Source: Mobula hypostoma (lineage: Eukaryota). From it: a DNA stretch of 64,000 nucleotides. Shown piece after piece: positions 37,058 through 49,596 of the stretch. Location of the stretch: the NCBI RefSeq assembly GCF_963921235.1, contig NC_086110.1:9424001-9488000 (forward strand). Reading direction: 5' to 3'. Both the position numbers and the translations under genes were made by a program. The notes below the pieces were generated by a model, which saw nothing but the letters and a program-made list of their open reading frames with translations, did not search any database and had not been told where the DNA came from. Position 1 is the stretch's first letter. Each line of letters starts with the position of its first letter.

Positions 37058-40000
37058 AAACATAGAAACATAGAAAACCTACAGCAGAACATGTCCCTAC
37101 CTTAGAAATTACGAGGGTACCCACAGCTCTCTATCTTAATAAGCTCCATGTACCTATCCAAAAGTCTCTTAAAAGACCCTATCGTATTCGCCTCCACCAC
37201 CGTTGCCTGCAGCCCATTCCATACACTCAACACTCTCTGCGTGAAAAACATACCACTCACATCTCCTCTCTACCTACTCTCCAGCACCTTAAACCTGTGC
37301 CCTCTTCTTGTAACCAATTCAGCCCTGGGAAAAAGCGTCTGACTATCCACAAGATCAATGCCTCTTACACAGCTCTATCACGTCACCTCTCATCTTCCGT
37401 CGCTCCAAGGAGAAAAAGCCGAGCTCATTCAACACGTTTTCATAAGGCATGCTCCCCAATCCAGGCAACGTCCTTGTAAATTTCTGCACCCTTCCTATGG
37501 TTTCCATATCCTTCCTGTAGTGAGAGAACCAGAACTGAGCACAGTACTCCAAGTGGGGTCTGACCAAGGTTCTATATAGCTGCAACATTACCTCTCGGCT
37601 CCTAGATTCAATTCCACGATTGATGAAGGCCGTTTGCCTTCTTAACCACAGAGTTAACCTGCGCAGCTGCTTTGAGTGTCCTATGGACTCGGGCCACAAG
37701 ATCCCTCTGATCCTCCACACTGCCAAGAATCTGACCATTAATACAATATTCTGTCGTCAGATTTGACCTACCGAAATGAACCACTTCACACTTATCTGGG
37801 TTGAACTCCATCTGCCACTTCTCACCCATGTTTGAAATCCTATCAATGTCCCTCTGTAACCTCTGACAGCCCTCTACACTATCCATAACACCCCCAACTT
37901 TTGTGTCATCAGGAAAGTTACTAATCCATCTCTCCACTTCCTCATCCAGGTCAATTATAAAAATCACGAAGAGTAAGGGTGTAAGGCTGGTCATCGATCT
38001 CCATGCAGAATATGACCCGTCTACAACCACTGTCTGCCTTCTGTGGGCAAGCCAGTTCTAGATCCACAAAACAATGTCCCCTTGGATCCTATGCCTCCTT
38101 ACATTCTCAATAAGCCTTGCATGGGGTACCTTATCAAATGCCTTGCTTAAATCCTTATACCCTACATCTACTGCTCTTCCTTCATCAATGTTTTCAGTCA
38201 CATCCTCAAAAAATTCAATCAGGCTTGTAAGGCACGTCCTGCCCTTGACAAACATGCTGTCTATTCCTAATCCTATTATACCTTTCCAAATGTTCATAAA
38301 TCCTGCCTCTCAGGATCTTCTCTATGAATTTACAAACCACTAAAGTAAGATTCACTGGACTATAATTTCCTGCGCTATCTCTACTCTCTTTCTTGAAAAA
38401 GGGAACAACATCCACAACCCTCCAGTCCTCCGGCACCTCTTCCGTTCTCATTGATGATGCAAAGATCATCCTCAGATGCTCAGCAATCTCCCCCCTCGCC
38501 TCCCACAATAGCCTAGGTTACATCTCATCCGGTCCCGGCGACTTATCCAACTTGAATCTTTCCCAAAGCTCCAGCACATCCTCTTTCTTAATATCTACAT
38601 GTTCAAGCTTTTCAGTCCGCTGCAAGTCATCACTACAATCACCGAGACCCTTTTCCACAGTGAATATTAAAGTAAAGTATTTATTAAGTACTTCTGCTAT
38701 TTCCTCCGGTTCCATACACACTTTCCCACTGTCACACTTGCTAGGTCCTATTCTTTCACGTCTTATCCTCTTACTCTGTACATATTTGTAGAATGCCTTG
38801 GGGTCTTCCTTAATCCTGCCCGCCAAGACCTTCTCATGGCCCGTTCTGGCTCTCCTAATTTCCTTCTTAAGCTCCTTCCTGTTAGCCTTATAATCTTCTA
38901 GATCTCTAACTTTACTTAGCTCTGTGAACCTTTTGTAAGCTTTTATTTTCCTCTTGCCTAGATTTACTACAACCTTTGTACACCATAGTTCCTGTACTCT
39001 ACCATAACTTCCCTGTCTCATTGGAACATACCGAAGCAGAACTCCACACAATTTTCCCTGAACATTTGCCACATTTCTTCCATACCTTTCCCTGAGAACA
39101 CCTGTTCCCAATTTAATCTTCCAAGTTCCTGCCTGATAGTCTCAAACTTCCCCTTACTCCAATTAAACGCTTTTCTAACTTGTCTGTTTTTATCTCTCTC
39201 CAATACTCTTGTAAAGGAGATAGAATTATGATCACTATCTCCAAAATGCTCTCCTACTGAGAGATCTGACACCTGACCAGGTTCATTTCCCAATACGAAA
39301 TCAAGCACTGTCTCTGCTCTTGTACGCTTATCTACATATTGTGTGAAGAAACCTTCGTGAACAGAGCTAACAAACTCTACCCCATTTAGGGAGATGCCAG
39401 TCGATATTTGAAAAATTAAAATCTCCCACCACGACATCTCTGTGATTATTACTCCTTTCCTGGGTCTGTTTCCCTATCTGCTCCTCGATATCCCTGTTAC
39501 TATTGGGCGGCCTATAAAAACACCCAGTAGAATTATTGACCGTTTCCTGTTCCTAACTTCCACCCACAGCGACTCCGTAGACAATCCATCCATGACGTCC
39601 ACCTTTTCTGCAGCCGTGACACTATTTCTGATCAACAGTGCCACGCCCCCACCTCTTTTGCCTCCCTCCCTGTTGTTTCCGAAACATCTAAGACCCAACA
39701 CATGAGGTAGCCATTCCTGTCCCTGAGCCATCCAAGTCTCTGTAACGTCCACCATATCATATCTCCAAGTACTGATCCGCGCTCTAAGCTCATCCGCTTT
39801 GTTCACAATACTCCTTGCGTTAAAATTGACATATCTCAAACCGTCGGTCTGAGAGCGTCCCTTCTCTATCACCTGCCCATCCTCCCTCACACACGGTCTC
39901 CAAGCTTTCTCTATTTGTGAACTAACCGCCTCTTCCTCAGTCTCTTCAGTTCTGCTTCCATCCCCCATCAATTCAAGTTTAAACTCTCCACAGTAGCCTT

Positions 40001-41025
40001 TGCAAACCTCCCCGCCAGGATATTGGTTCCCCTGGGATTCCGTGCAATCCGTCCTTTTTGTACACACACACCTGCCCCCAAAGAGGTCCCAATGATCCAG
40101 AAATCTGAATCCCTGTCTCCTGCTCCAATCCCTCGGCCACGCATTTATCCTCCACGTCATTCTATTCCTATACTCACTGTCAAGTGCAACAGACTGTAAT
40201 CCCGAGATTACTACTTTTGCGGTCCTGCTTCTCAACTTCCTTCCTAACTCCCTGTAGTCTGTTTTCAGGACCCCTTCCCTTTTCCTACCTATGTCATTGG
40301 TACCAATATGTACCACGACCTCTGGTCGTTCTCCCTTTCACTGCAGGATGTCGTGGACGCGAACTGAAACATTTCGGACCCTGGCACCTGGGAGGAAAAC
40401 TATCACCCGAGTTTCTTTCCTGCGTCCACTGAATCACCTGTCTGGCCCCTTCTGAGCCACAGGGCCGGACTCTGTGCCAGAGACACGATCACTGTTGCTG
40501 CCCCCAAGTAGGCTGTCCCCCCCCAACAGTATTCAAACAGGAGTACTTATTGTTCAGGGGGACAGCTACAGGGGTACTCTCTTGTACCTGACTCTTCCCC
40601 TTCCCTCTCCTGACTGTTACCCACTTGTCTGTCTCCCGTGGCCCCGGTGTGACCACCTGTTTATAACTCCTTTCTATCACCTCCTCGATCTCCCTGACTA
40701 GACGAAGGTCATCGAACTGCAACTCCAGTTCCCTAACGCAGTCCCTTAGGAGCTGTAGCTCGACACACCGGGAGCAGATATGTTTGTCCGGGACGCTGTG
40801 AGACTCCAGGATTTCCCACATCTGACAACGAGCACAGAACACCGGCCTCACACACATACTTCCTTTCCGCAATTGACACAGGTAAACGTACCTCGCCTCG
40901 TCCTGTTACAGCCTAAGTCCGTTGAGCGAAATCCCTATTACTCTGCTACCCTCTCACTCCGCTGCCCGCCGGAAATGGAGGTCTTCTTTTTAAACTTTTC
41001 CCGCTCTACTGGCTGACGTCACGCG
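37058..41025 (-). mobile_element. near full-length degenerate CR1 LINE
   Basis: ORF1 zinc finger 40489-40872, esterase 39474-40316 (VHIGTND, GFRFLDHW), endonuclease 39018-39437, RT 37355-38508 and an AAACATAG tail at about 37058. Confidence 0.92.
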
Positions 41026-41602
41026 CAGTAACCGAGTAGCCCCGTTGATCCTCTCGTTAGCGGTGTCTCAGCCCAGTATGGCAGTGCGCAGCAGGACCGT
41101 GTTCATTTAGTTGGGTCCATTCTCTGGTTTTGACGCAAGATAGAGGAGGCCGTTGATAATTGGTGAGTGCTATATTGCACGGAAGGGAGGATGGTAGGCT
41201 GATGAGGAGCTTGAAGTGTTTTCTCCAAGCATTTAATGGACACGTCCAACTCGGGCTGTGACGTCAGCCTTTCACTCCCTGATTACCTCCCCGAATTCCC
41301 TTTAGGCGCTGACGACTAACTTTGAGGAGCGAACAGACTCTATCGGTATAATAGAAAACTGGAGGGCTATTTGCATTCTAGAGATGGTCCTGTGTGACCA
41401 TTCTTGAAGAGGAGGTGTGAGATTCTAGGCCTAGGCCTACAGACAGTTTTGTTAAGTTTACCGGTGAAGAATTACTATTTCTGAGTCATTTCACTGCACT
41501 AGTGCAACAACAGAGACAAAAAAATAAATCTTTTGTTTACAAAACTATGAAAGTTTATTTATACAACAAACACACAAAGTACAAAGAGTAAATATTTGCA
41601 AG

Positions 41603-42499
41603 TGTGACGAGAATACACATTGATTAAGATGTTAGCTGTCCTGTTCTGGCACCAGTGGAATCAGCAGTTGGTCTGCCACCTGTCTTCAGGAGAAAGAGAG
41701 ATAAGGAAAACAATGGAGCAGCATTTGGAGATGTTAAAGGGAGGGGGGAGTTTAACGGAGGGAGAGCTGTTAAGATTGGCTCCCCCTTTGAACCCTGAAC
41801 TGTTTGAAGTAATGGACAGGCGATACCCCAGCAGGGGGATAAAAAGGGACAGGTTCACTAAGGCAGACACACATGACACCACGAGGTAACAAGACCCTGG
41901 GAGCAGTGCGCCTCCCACAAGTCGGTGGGAGTTTTTGGACGGCTGGTCGCGGGACCAAGCCATAGACGGACAGGGTGGAAAGGTACGATCGGCGGGAACC
42001 TGGTGTGTGTCCGCCCTTGCCTGGGTGCCAGGTTCACCGCAGAGAAACGATCGTATCTGGAAAGGGAGGGGTCACGGTCGGTGACCTCAGAAGACATCAC
42101 AAAGGGCTCGCCCGAAAGCTAACTGTGAAGAATATCGAAGGTCTGTGTGGAAGCCGTTTGAATATTCATCCGTTTTTGCTCTCTCTCTCCTTCCCCCCAC
42201 TGTCCATCGCCACGGCAGTGATTACTGTGAACTGAACTGAACTCAGTTGAACTGAACTTTGTGTCACTTTGAAACTGGTCATTTACCCCTAGACGACGAT
42301 AGAGATTGATTGATCCTGTTATCCTAATTCTGTGTACATGTATGTTTATCATTGCTGAACTGTTGCATTTATTATCCTTTTGATTAGAGTACTGTGTTGC
42401 TTGTTTCTTTAATAAAACTCTCTTAGTTCCAGTAATCCAGACTCCAACTGAGTGATCCATTTCTGCTGGTTTGGCAACCCAGTTACGGGGTACGTAACA
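41603..42499 (+). mobile_element. solo LTR (Gypsy-type by TSD length)
   Basis: Termini TGTGACG...CGTAACA, perfect 4-bp TSD CAAG (41599-41602 and 42500-42503), internal AATAAA at about 42411 and (TGAAC)n repeats. Confidence 0.85.
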
Positions 42500-42549
42500 C
42501 AAGACAGTGAACAAATTCAAATTAAAACATGATTACTAATGTCTACTAC

Positions 42550-43550
42550 TGTCTATAAAACAGTCAATTCCCTGGAGGGGGAACTTCCCCTGGGCATCTC
42601 CAACTGTACCCATTGTGACCGCATGCTCCCTCTCCAAGGACAGCTGGGCACGAACTGATCCTCGGAAGAGGGGCAGGCAGTCGATCCTGGCAGAACCCTC
42701 GACTTTTCGCCGCCTAGACCCGTAGACCCGTGAACGACCATCTTGGCCAAGCCCAGGAGCAAGCCCAGCAGTAGATCCTACTCGCCACCCGCCCCCTTCC
42801 GTTTTGGGTGCCTGTATATAAGGAGCGCCGGGTTGAAGTGCACCAGAACGTGAGCAGCAGCACCTTCAGATACTCAAAGACGGGCTGCAACCTCTCACAT
42901 TCCATATAACATGTTACACCGACTCGTCCCGGCCACAGAATTGACAGGTGGACGGTTGTCATTGGACTTGCTTAAAGACATATTGTACGGTACTGCTCTA
43001 TGCAACACCTTACACCCCAGGTGTCCAATGTTCAGGGGAAAGACCCTTGCTTGACAAGGTTTCCACTGGGGAGCTTCTCCGCTACCAGATGCACTTCCTC
43101 TGCACTTTCCCGAGCATCGACACCCACCGTGATAGGATGGGACCAGTCCCCCTCGCAGCTAGATCACTGCTCCACCTCCCCCCCCCCCCGCCACTGTCGC
43201 AGGAGCACCCTGTCTGGATGAGACTAGACTCTCAACAGTTCTCGATGAAAACGAGGCAGTTCCCTCAAAGCAGCGCGGCTGATGCTGTCCCCTGGAAGCC
43301 ACGTGCCCTTCTGCAGGCAGTGTACTTGGCGGAGAAGATGCATCGCCAACGCACACGATCTCGAAGGGTGGTCGATATACAGCTATCTCTGCAGGTTCCT
43401 AAGGCTGAGAGCCTCCAGCTAGGAGCACACGCACACCAATGACTGACCGTCCTCCGCAATCGGCAGTCTCGGGACCGTAGCAGAGACCCAATGCTTCCTG
43501 TTGCCCCAGAAGAAGTCCACCAGCCTCTTCTGGGTCCTGGAGACAAAAGC
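42550..43550 (-). mobile_element. Tx1-type (L1 clade) LINE ORF2 C-terminal fragment
   Basis: LLLGLAKM...DCLPLFRGSVRAQLSLEREHAV in shifted frames, plus Cys/His knuckle remnants. Confidence 0.7.
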
Positions 43551-43599
43551 AGTGGGAGGGACTAAAGTAATCAGCAGGTGCTATATATTTACAATAACA

Positions 43600-44460
43600 G
43601 CTGCTTATGAATAGGTTTTATATGGACTGGAGATCCAAATTGTCATTTTCCATCGCACCTAGTCTGTGGCAAACAATTTACAAATGTAGCAATGGCTCCA
43701 GCAAGATTGAAAAGACATTTAACTACAATTCACAGACACATGACACGTAAAAGTACTGATTATTTTAAACGACTATTCGAATCTCAAAACAAGCAGACTA
43801 AAGCTTTTGAAAATAAAGTCACAGTCACATTCAAGATTCAAGTTATTTAGTAACTTTAAAACCAGATCACTCGAGAATGTTTAGAAAACTGTGTGAAAAC
43901 CTGGACAAAAAACACAACTAATCTCCTGCTGCATACAGAAATCCGGAGCCTTAGCAGAGGAAGAATTCTCAACAGGGTGTGTGAGCTGTCAAGTGAATTC
44001 CATTGCATTATGGGCTTGAGAGTGAGGAAGGATATCAGAAAGTCTCGAGTCTTATTGAAAACCACCTGGAAGAACTGCAGAACAAAATTGAACAGTATTT
44101 TCTTTCTCTTTCAACACGTGTTCGACTGGGTGAGGGATTCTTTATTTGAATCATCTACTCAGCCTGAGAAAATGACTTTGAGGGAAGAGGAAGAACTTTG
44201 TGAGCTGCACTCTGATCATGCAGCCAAGATGAGATTTACTGGCCTGCCCCTGGACAAGCTCTGAAAGAAGTGCATCCTGTCATACACAGGAAAGCAATAA
44301 ATATTTTCCAGTAGCTTTCAAATTCTTACATGTGTGAACAAGCTTTTTCTTGTTTGAGAAGCATCAAGAGCAAGGACAGAAATCGTCATTTTAACTGAAG
44401 ACAGAATTCGTGTGTGTTTATCTCAAGCTCGACCCAGAATTCAGAAATTTATTATATTGA
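43600..44460 (+). pseudogene. hAT/Buster transposase remnant (BED finger and C-terminal dimerisation region)
   Basis: GFIWTG...LVCGKQFTNVAMAPARLKRHLTTIH, then LLLHTEIRSLSRGRILNRVCEL, then YMCEQAFSCLRSIKSKDRNR. It has a large internal deletion and frameshifts. Confidence 0.8.
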
Positions 44461-45770
44461 ATCGAATGGAATTGAATTGAATTGACTTTATTTCTTACAT
44501 CTTTCACATACATGAAGGGTAAAACTCTTTACGTTACGTCTCCAGCTAAATGTGCAATCACCGTAATTTTTAATAATTTATAATAAATGGAACGGTCAAT
44601 GTAATATAGAGTACACTCAAATCAGCGTGAGTTCATCAGGCTGATGGCCTGGTGGAAGAAGCTGTCCTGGAACCTGTTGGTCCTGACTTTTATGCTGCGG
44701 TACCGCTTCCCAGATGATAGCAGCTGGAATAGATTGTGGTTCGAATGGCGTGGATCCCTAATGATCCTAGGGGCCCTTTTTACAAACCTGTCCTTGTAAA
44801 TGTCCTGAAACATGGGAAGTTCGCAAATACAGATGAGCTGGGCTGTCCGCACCACTCTCCGCAGAGTCCTACGATTAAGGGAGGTACAGTTTCCATACCA
44901 GGTAGTGATCCACCCAGTTAGGATGCTCTAAATTGTGGCCCTGTAGAAAGTTCTTAGGATTTGGGGGCCCATCCAAACTTCCTCAATCGTCTGAGGTGAA
45001 AGACACGCTGTCATGCCTATTTCCCCACACAGCTGGTGTGTATGGACCACGTGAGGTCCTCAGTGATGTGGATGCCGAGGAATTTCAAGCTGTTTACCCT
45101 CTCGATCCCAGATCCATTAATGTCAATTAGGGTTCACCCGTCTCCATTCCTCCTCTAATCCACAACCGGCTCCTTTGTTTTTGCGACATTGAGGGAGAGG
45201 TTGTTTTCTTGACACCACTGTGTCAAAGAGATGATTTCTTCCCTGTAGGCCACCTCGTTATTGTTTGAGATAAGGCCAATCAGCAGATTGGAGCTGTGGG
45301 TGGCGATACAGTCATGGGTATACAGGGCGTAAAGAAGGGAACTCAGTACGCAGCCTTGAGGGGCTCCTGTATTGAGAGTCAGAGGGTTAGAGGTGAGGGA
45401 GCCTTCTCCTTCAACCTGCTGGCGGTCTGACAAGAAGTACAAGATCCAGCTGTTCAAGGCAGGGTCAAGTCCGAGGTCTTTGAGCTTCTTGTCGAGCCTG
45501 GATGGAACTATGGTGTTGAATGTTGAACTGTAGTCCAAGAACAGCATTCTCACATAAACATCCTTCTTCTCCAACACAAATTATTCTGCAGATGCTGGGA
45601 TCAAATCAACACGCACAAAACGCTGGAGGAACTCAGCAGGTCGGGCAGCATCCGTGGAAACGTTGACTGTTCGTTTCCACGGATGCTGCCCGACCTGCTG
45701 AGTTCCTCCAACGTTTTGTGTGTGTTCCTTCTTCTCCAGATGTGTAAGAACGGTATGTAGTAGAGCAGTA
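44455..45770 (-). mobile_element. Rex1/Babar-type LINE RT to 3' end
   Basis: ORFs 45155-45577 ([22 protein letters not shown]) and 44622-44855, with an (ATTGA)n tail. Confidence 0.88.
45574..45725. mobile_element. 152-bp fold-back Penelope-tail micro-element with 13-bp TSD
   Basis: About 55-bp inverted arms at 45608-45662 and 45672-45726 with a 9-nt loop. TSD TCCTTCTTCTCCA at 45561-45573 and 45726-45738. Confidence 0.9.
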
Positions 45771-46861
45771 GCTATTGTTTGCCTTATGAGTTTTAAAAAT
45801 TTATGAAAGAGAATGAAAGAGTAAATTCAAGAAATGTAAACTAAGCTTAACTATCTGTTTTGTTTTCAAGAAAGGTTGGCTGAAAATTTATTCTCTATTC
45901 CAAAGAGCATTGATAATTATTTTTGGATTATTTTACGTACAACCTACTGATTATGCTAACGTACCGTGAGCTCTAGATATTATAGTTCTTATGCAGGGAT
46001 TCTCTGAGACCTGAAAATTATTTCAAGGTTTCCTTCAGGGCAAAAAGTTTGAGAAGGCCGACCTAGATAATGGATGATGCAGTAGTGAAAGATGATTGTG
46101 AAGGAATACGTAGAAACGTTTGAAATAGGTCACAGTTTGATATTAATAAGAAACGGAGGTTGGAACTGTATGAATAATTAGCAGGATGAGAGCCATTAAA
46201 TGAATGGTTATTAATGGGGTATAACGGCACGCCAAACAGAAGCGCCCGTCTTCGGAAAATTGTCTTCCAGAAACGAACATTTCACTTTGCGCAAAAGGGC
46301 ATTTAGTTCCGGTTTATTAATACCTAATTTCTCCACAACAAATCACGAATGAACATTAAGGATTTTTTCTTTTGCAATTTAAATAAAAGCCCATCTAAAT
46401 GGCATGAGAGCTGCCCAAAACATTTTCGTTATGGCTCAGCGAATAACGATCAAACTGCAGAGCATAAAACACTGCCAAAGGCATTTTAAGAACCTAAGAT
46501 CATAACAGCATAAGACAATTCAGCAGAATTAAGCCATTCGGCCCAATCGAACCTGATCCTCCATTCCATCGTGACCGATTTATTATTCTTCTCAGCCGCA
46601 TTCTCCGTATCATCGGGCAGATATTTCAGAAGGACTGAGTTGTAGACGAAAAACAATGACGTTATTGTGTTTAATACCTCAGTGACCAACTGGCTTGAAA
46701 TTTTCATGTAGAAGATCAGCACTGGAACTTTCCACCAGCCAGGTAATAACGGGTTTCTAATGAAGAAATTAGACAGGTAGGTGGAGAACCAAAATGCTGC
46801 GCTGGAGAGAATATATAATCTCCATACTGAGACCAGTTATCGGAAAACGTACATTGCAATC

Positions 46862-46864
<3 letters not shown>

Positions 46865-46901
<37 letters not shown>
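46865..46901. repeat. (AC)n microsatellite
   Basis: About 18 perfect AC units. Confidence 0.98.
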
Positions 46902-46906
<5 letters not shown>

Positions 46907-47189
46907 CTTTTTTGGAGATAATTTATTATTTTCACGGCAGTATAATGACAATAAGAATGAAACGATTGAAGTCCTCATCTCTGAATTTTCCTCTCAGAAT
47001 CCCACGCATAAAGCTTGTTTGCCACAGTGGTTTGCTACTTTTTAATTGTCAACGGTCTGTAAATAAAAAAAAAGTCTGATCAGAGTCAATAGAAGTTAAA
47101 ACTTCCCATTTTGCTACTGCATATGAGTTAATCAAATAATCAGTTTTTAAGAGCGTGAAACCGTGGAATTTATCCCTGAAGTCGTCAAA

Positions 47190-48640
47190 AGTATTTGGAC
47201 TGGATAGCATCCATAGATGTGTCATTAGATCCTATGCACATCTACTGTTGGTCTATTAACATATGCCTCTCCCTGTTTCGACCTGCGGTTCCTACCTGTT
47301 TTAAGACCACGATAAACCCGGTACCAAAGCAACACGTGATAAGGTGCCTCAAGGAGTACCGCCCATTGGCTCTGACATCTACCTTCACGAAGTGCGTGGT
47401 CATTACATCCATCAACTGCAGGCTCCAAGGCATTCTGGGCTCATTGCAGTTCGCTTGCCGCCGAAACAGGACTACATCCTGGCCTTACATTCGTCTCTGA
47501 AACATCTGAATAGTGAAGTCTCATATGTCAGCTATTGTTTATTGTCGGCATTTACACCTTCAAGAGTATAATTCTAAGCAAATTGATCATCAAACTCAGG
47601 ACCCTGCGTAGTAATGCTACGGGATATTGAACTTCCTAACGAACAGACTGCAATCAGTAAGAAGAGGCAGAATCAATTCCGCCAGGATTGATTTAAACAC
47701 TCGTGCTCCTCTGGGTTACATCCCCAGCCCTTTAATCTACTCTCTATACACTCGCGCTCGCCTGGCAGAGGTTTTTTCTATGTCAACAAGTCTCTAAACG
47801 ATACCACCACCATAGTGGGCAGTATCTCAAATAAAGATGAGTTGATGTACAGGAAGGAGATAGAGTGCCATGGTAACAGCCTTTCCTTCAATGTCAGCAA
47901 AACAAAAGAGCTGGTCATTGATTTCATGAAGGGGTCAATGCACATGCTGCTGTCTACCTCAATGTGTTGAGGTTGAGAGGGTTGAGAGCTTCCAGTTCCT
48001 GGCCCAATCACGTTAATGTCACGGCCAAGGAGGTTCGCACACACCTCTGCTTCCTCAGAAGGTTAAAGAAATTTGCTATGACCCCCAACCCTACCCACCC
48101 AATCCCAACCAATTTCACTGAGCACCACAGAGGACATCCTGCCTGGATGCATAAACATTCGGCGCATGAACTACAAGAAGCTGCGGAGAGTCGTGGACAC
48201 AGCCGAGTCCATCGCGGACACAAGCCCCCCCTCCCCCTCCCCCACGTGGACTCAGTTGTAAAGTTTATTGCCTCATTAAAGCAGCTAGCATAATCAAAGA
48301 CTCCACCCACGCAAACATTCTCCCTTCTCTCCTTTTCCACCACGAAGAAGATTCAAAAACCTGACGGCACGCACCGCCAGGTTCAAGGGCAGCTTCTGTC
48401 CCGCTGTTATGACTATTTAATGGTCCTCCAGCACGATAAGGTGCATTTCTGATCTTACAATCTATCTCGTTGTGATATTGTAACCGAATTGTTTATCCGC
48501 ACTGTATTTTCTCTGTACCTGTTGCATTTTATTCTGCATTTTGTTATTGCTGTACCTTGCACTATCCCAATGCACTGTGTAATAATTTGATCTTTATGTC
48601 TGCAACGCAATCTTTCGGTGCATGTGATAATATACATCAA
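47190..48640 (+). mobile_element. old Rex1/Babar-type LINE RT to 3' end
   Basis: YRPLALTS, SKTKELVIDF and HLCFLRRLKKF remnants, with many disruptions. Confidence 0.75.
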
Positions 48641-49299
48641 ATTGGAATTCATCGAGCTCAACTTAATTGCGTGTATTTCTTCTTGGAGAAAACTATGCAG
48701 GGAAGAGTTCTGATAGCTATTGGAATCATTTGACATGTTTGCTTTGGAGGGAAGTACAAAATCAGATCATTTGTGGATTATGGAGAAATGTACTTATCCA
48801 AAGAGTGATAAGAACAGGAAAATACTGGAAACATCTGACGGGGGCATAATAAAAGTATCCGAGGGAAACAGAAATAAAAATGTCACGAGAAATGCTTACG
48901 AATGTTGGGAGTATAAAAAGTAAACGAAAGTCTTCTTATATTCTATCTGTGCCAGAAAGCTATATACATAGAATTGCTATTAATAAGTATTTATTAATAT
49001 TGTTATATTACATATTAATTATGTATATATTGTTGTATAACAGATTTCATTGAATTGTTAAGTAATTGCCAAGAACAACACTGCAAAAATACTTAGTGGA
49101 AAGTTTTCTTTTAATGTTTGTTGATTGCATGGTAAATATTGGATGGTCGTTAGGGATAAGCTATGCTCTTTTTTCGCTATGCTACATGTGAGAGCAGGTA
49201 AACCTTAGTTAAATAGCTTTCCTTGAGCACAAAGGCAAATGCTATATATAATTTTCCATATTCTGTTACATTAATGTTCTACAGAAAGGAAGTACATCC

Positions 49300-49583
49300 G
49301 GGAACCTTCCTGACTGCTATCTGGGAAACGCTACCACAGCATTAAAGCCAGGACCAACAGTTTCCGGGACAGCTTCTTCCACCACGCAATCAGACTGATT
49401 GATTCACGCAGACTCAATTGCATTTCTAAGCTATAATGAGTATTCTTTTGTATATCTTACTCTACATACTATTTATAACAAATTTCTATAATTTGCACAT
49501 TGTACATCCAGACGGAGATGCAACGTAAAGATTTTTACTCCTCAAGTATGTGAAAGATGCAAGAAATAAAGTCAATTCAATTC
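49300..49583 (+). mobile_element. Rex1/Babar-type LINE extreme 3' end
   Basis: gggaaacgctaccacagcattaaagccaggaccaac... followed by aataaagtc(aattc)n. Confidence 0.65.
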
Positions 49584-49596
49584 AATACATGTTGTT

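Larger units (their letters stand above)
36934..46060 (+). mobile_element. hAT (Buster/Charlie-type) DNA transposon expanded by nested insertions
   Basis: The left end is CAAGGTTTCTCAACC and the right end (reverse complement) is CGGCCTTCTCAAAC. The 8-bp flanks are ACCTAGGT (36926-36933) and ACCTAGAT (46061-46068), both with a central TA. Transposase remnants lie inside. Confidence 0.75.

Noticed and set aside
46486-46722. Minus ORF with an ITIM-like LSYAVM as the receptor tail
   Set aside because: The motif lies in a decayed CR1-type 3' tail (aattaagccattcggccc...), and there is no compatible splice structure.
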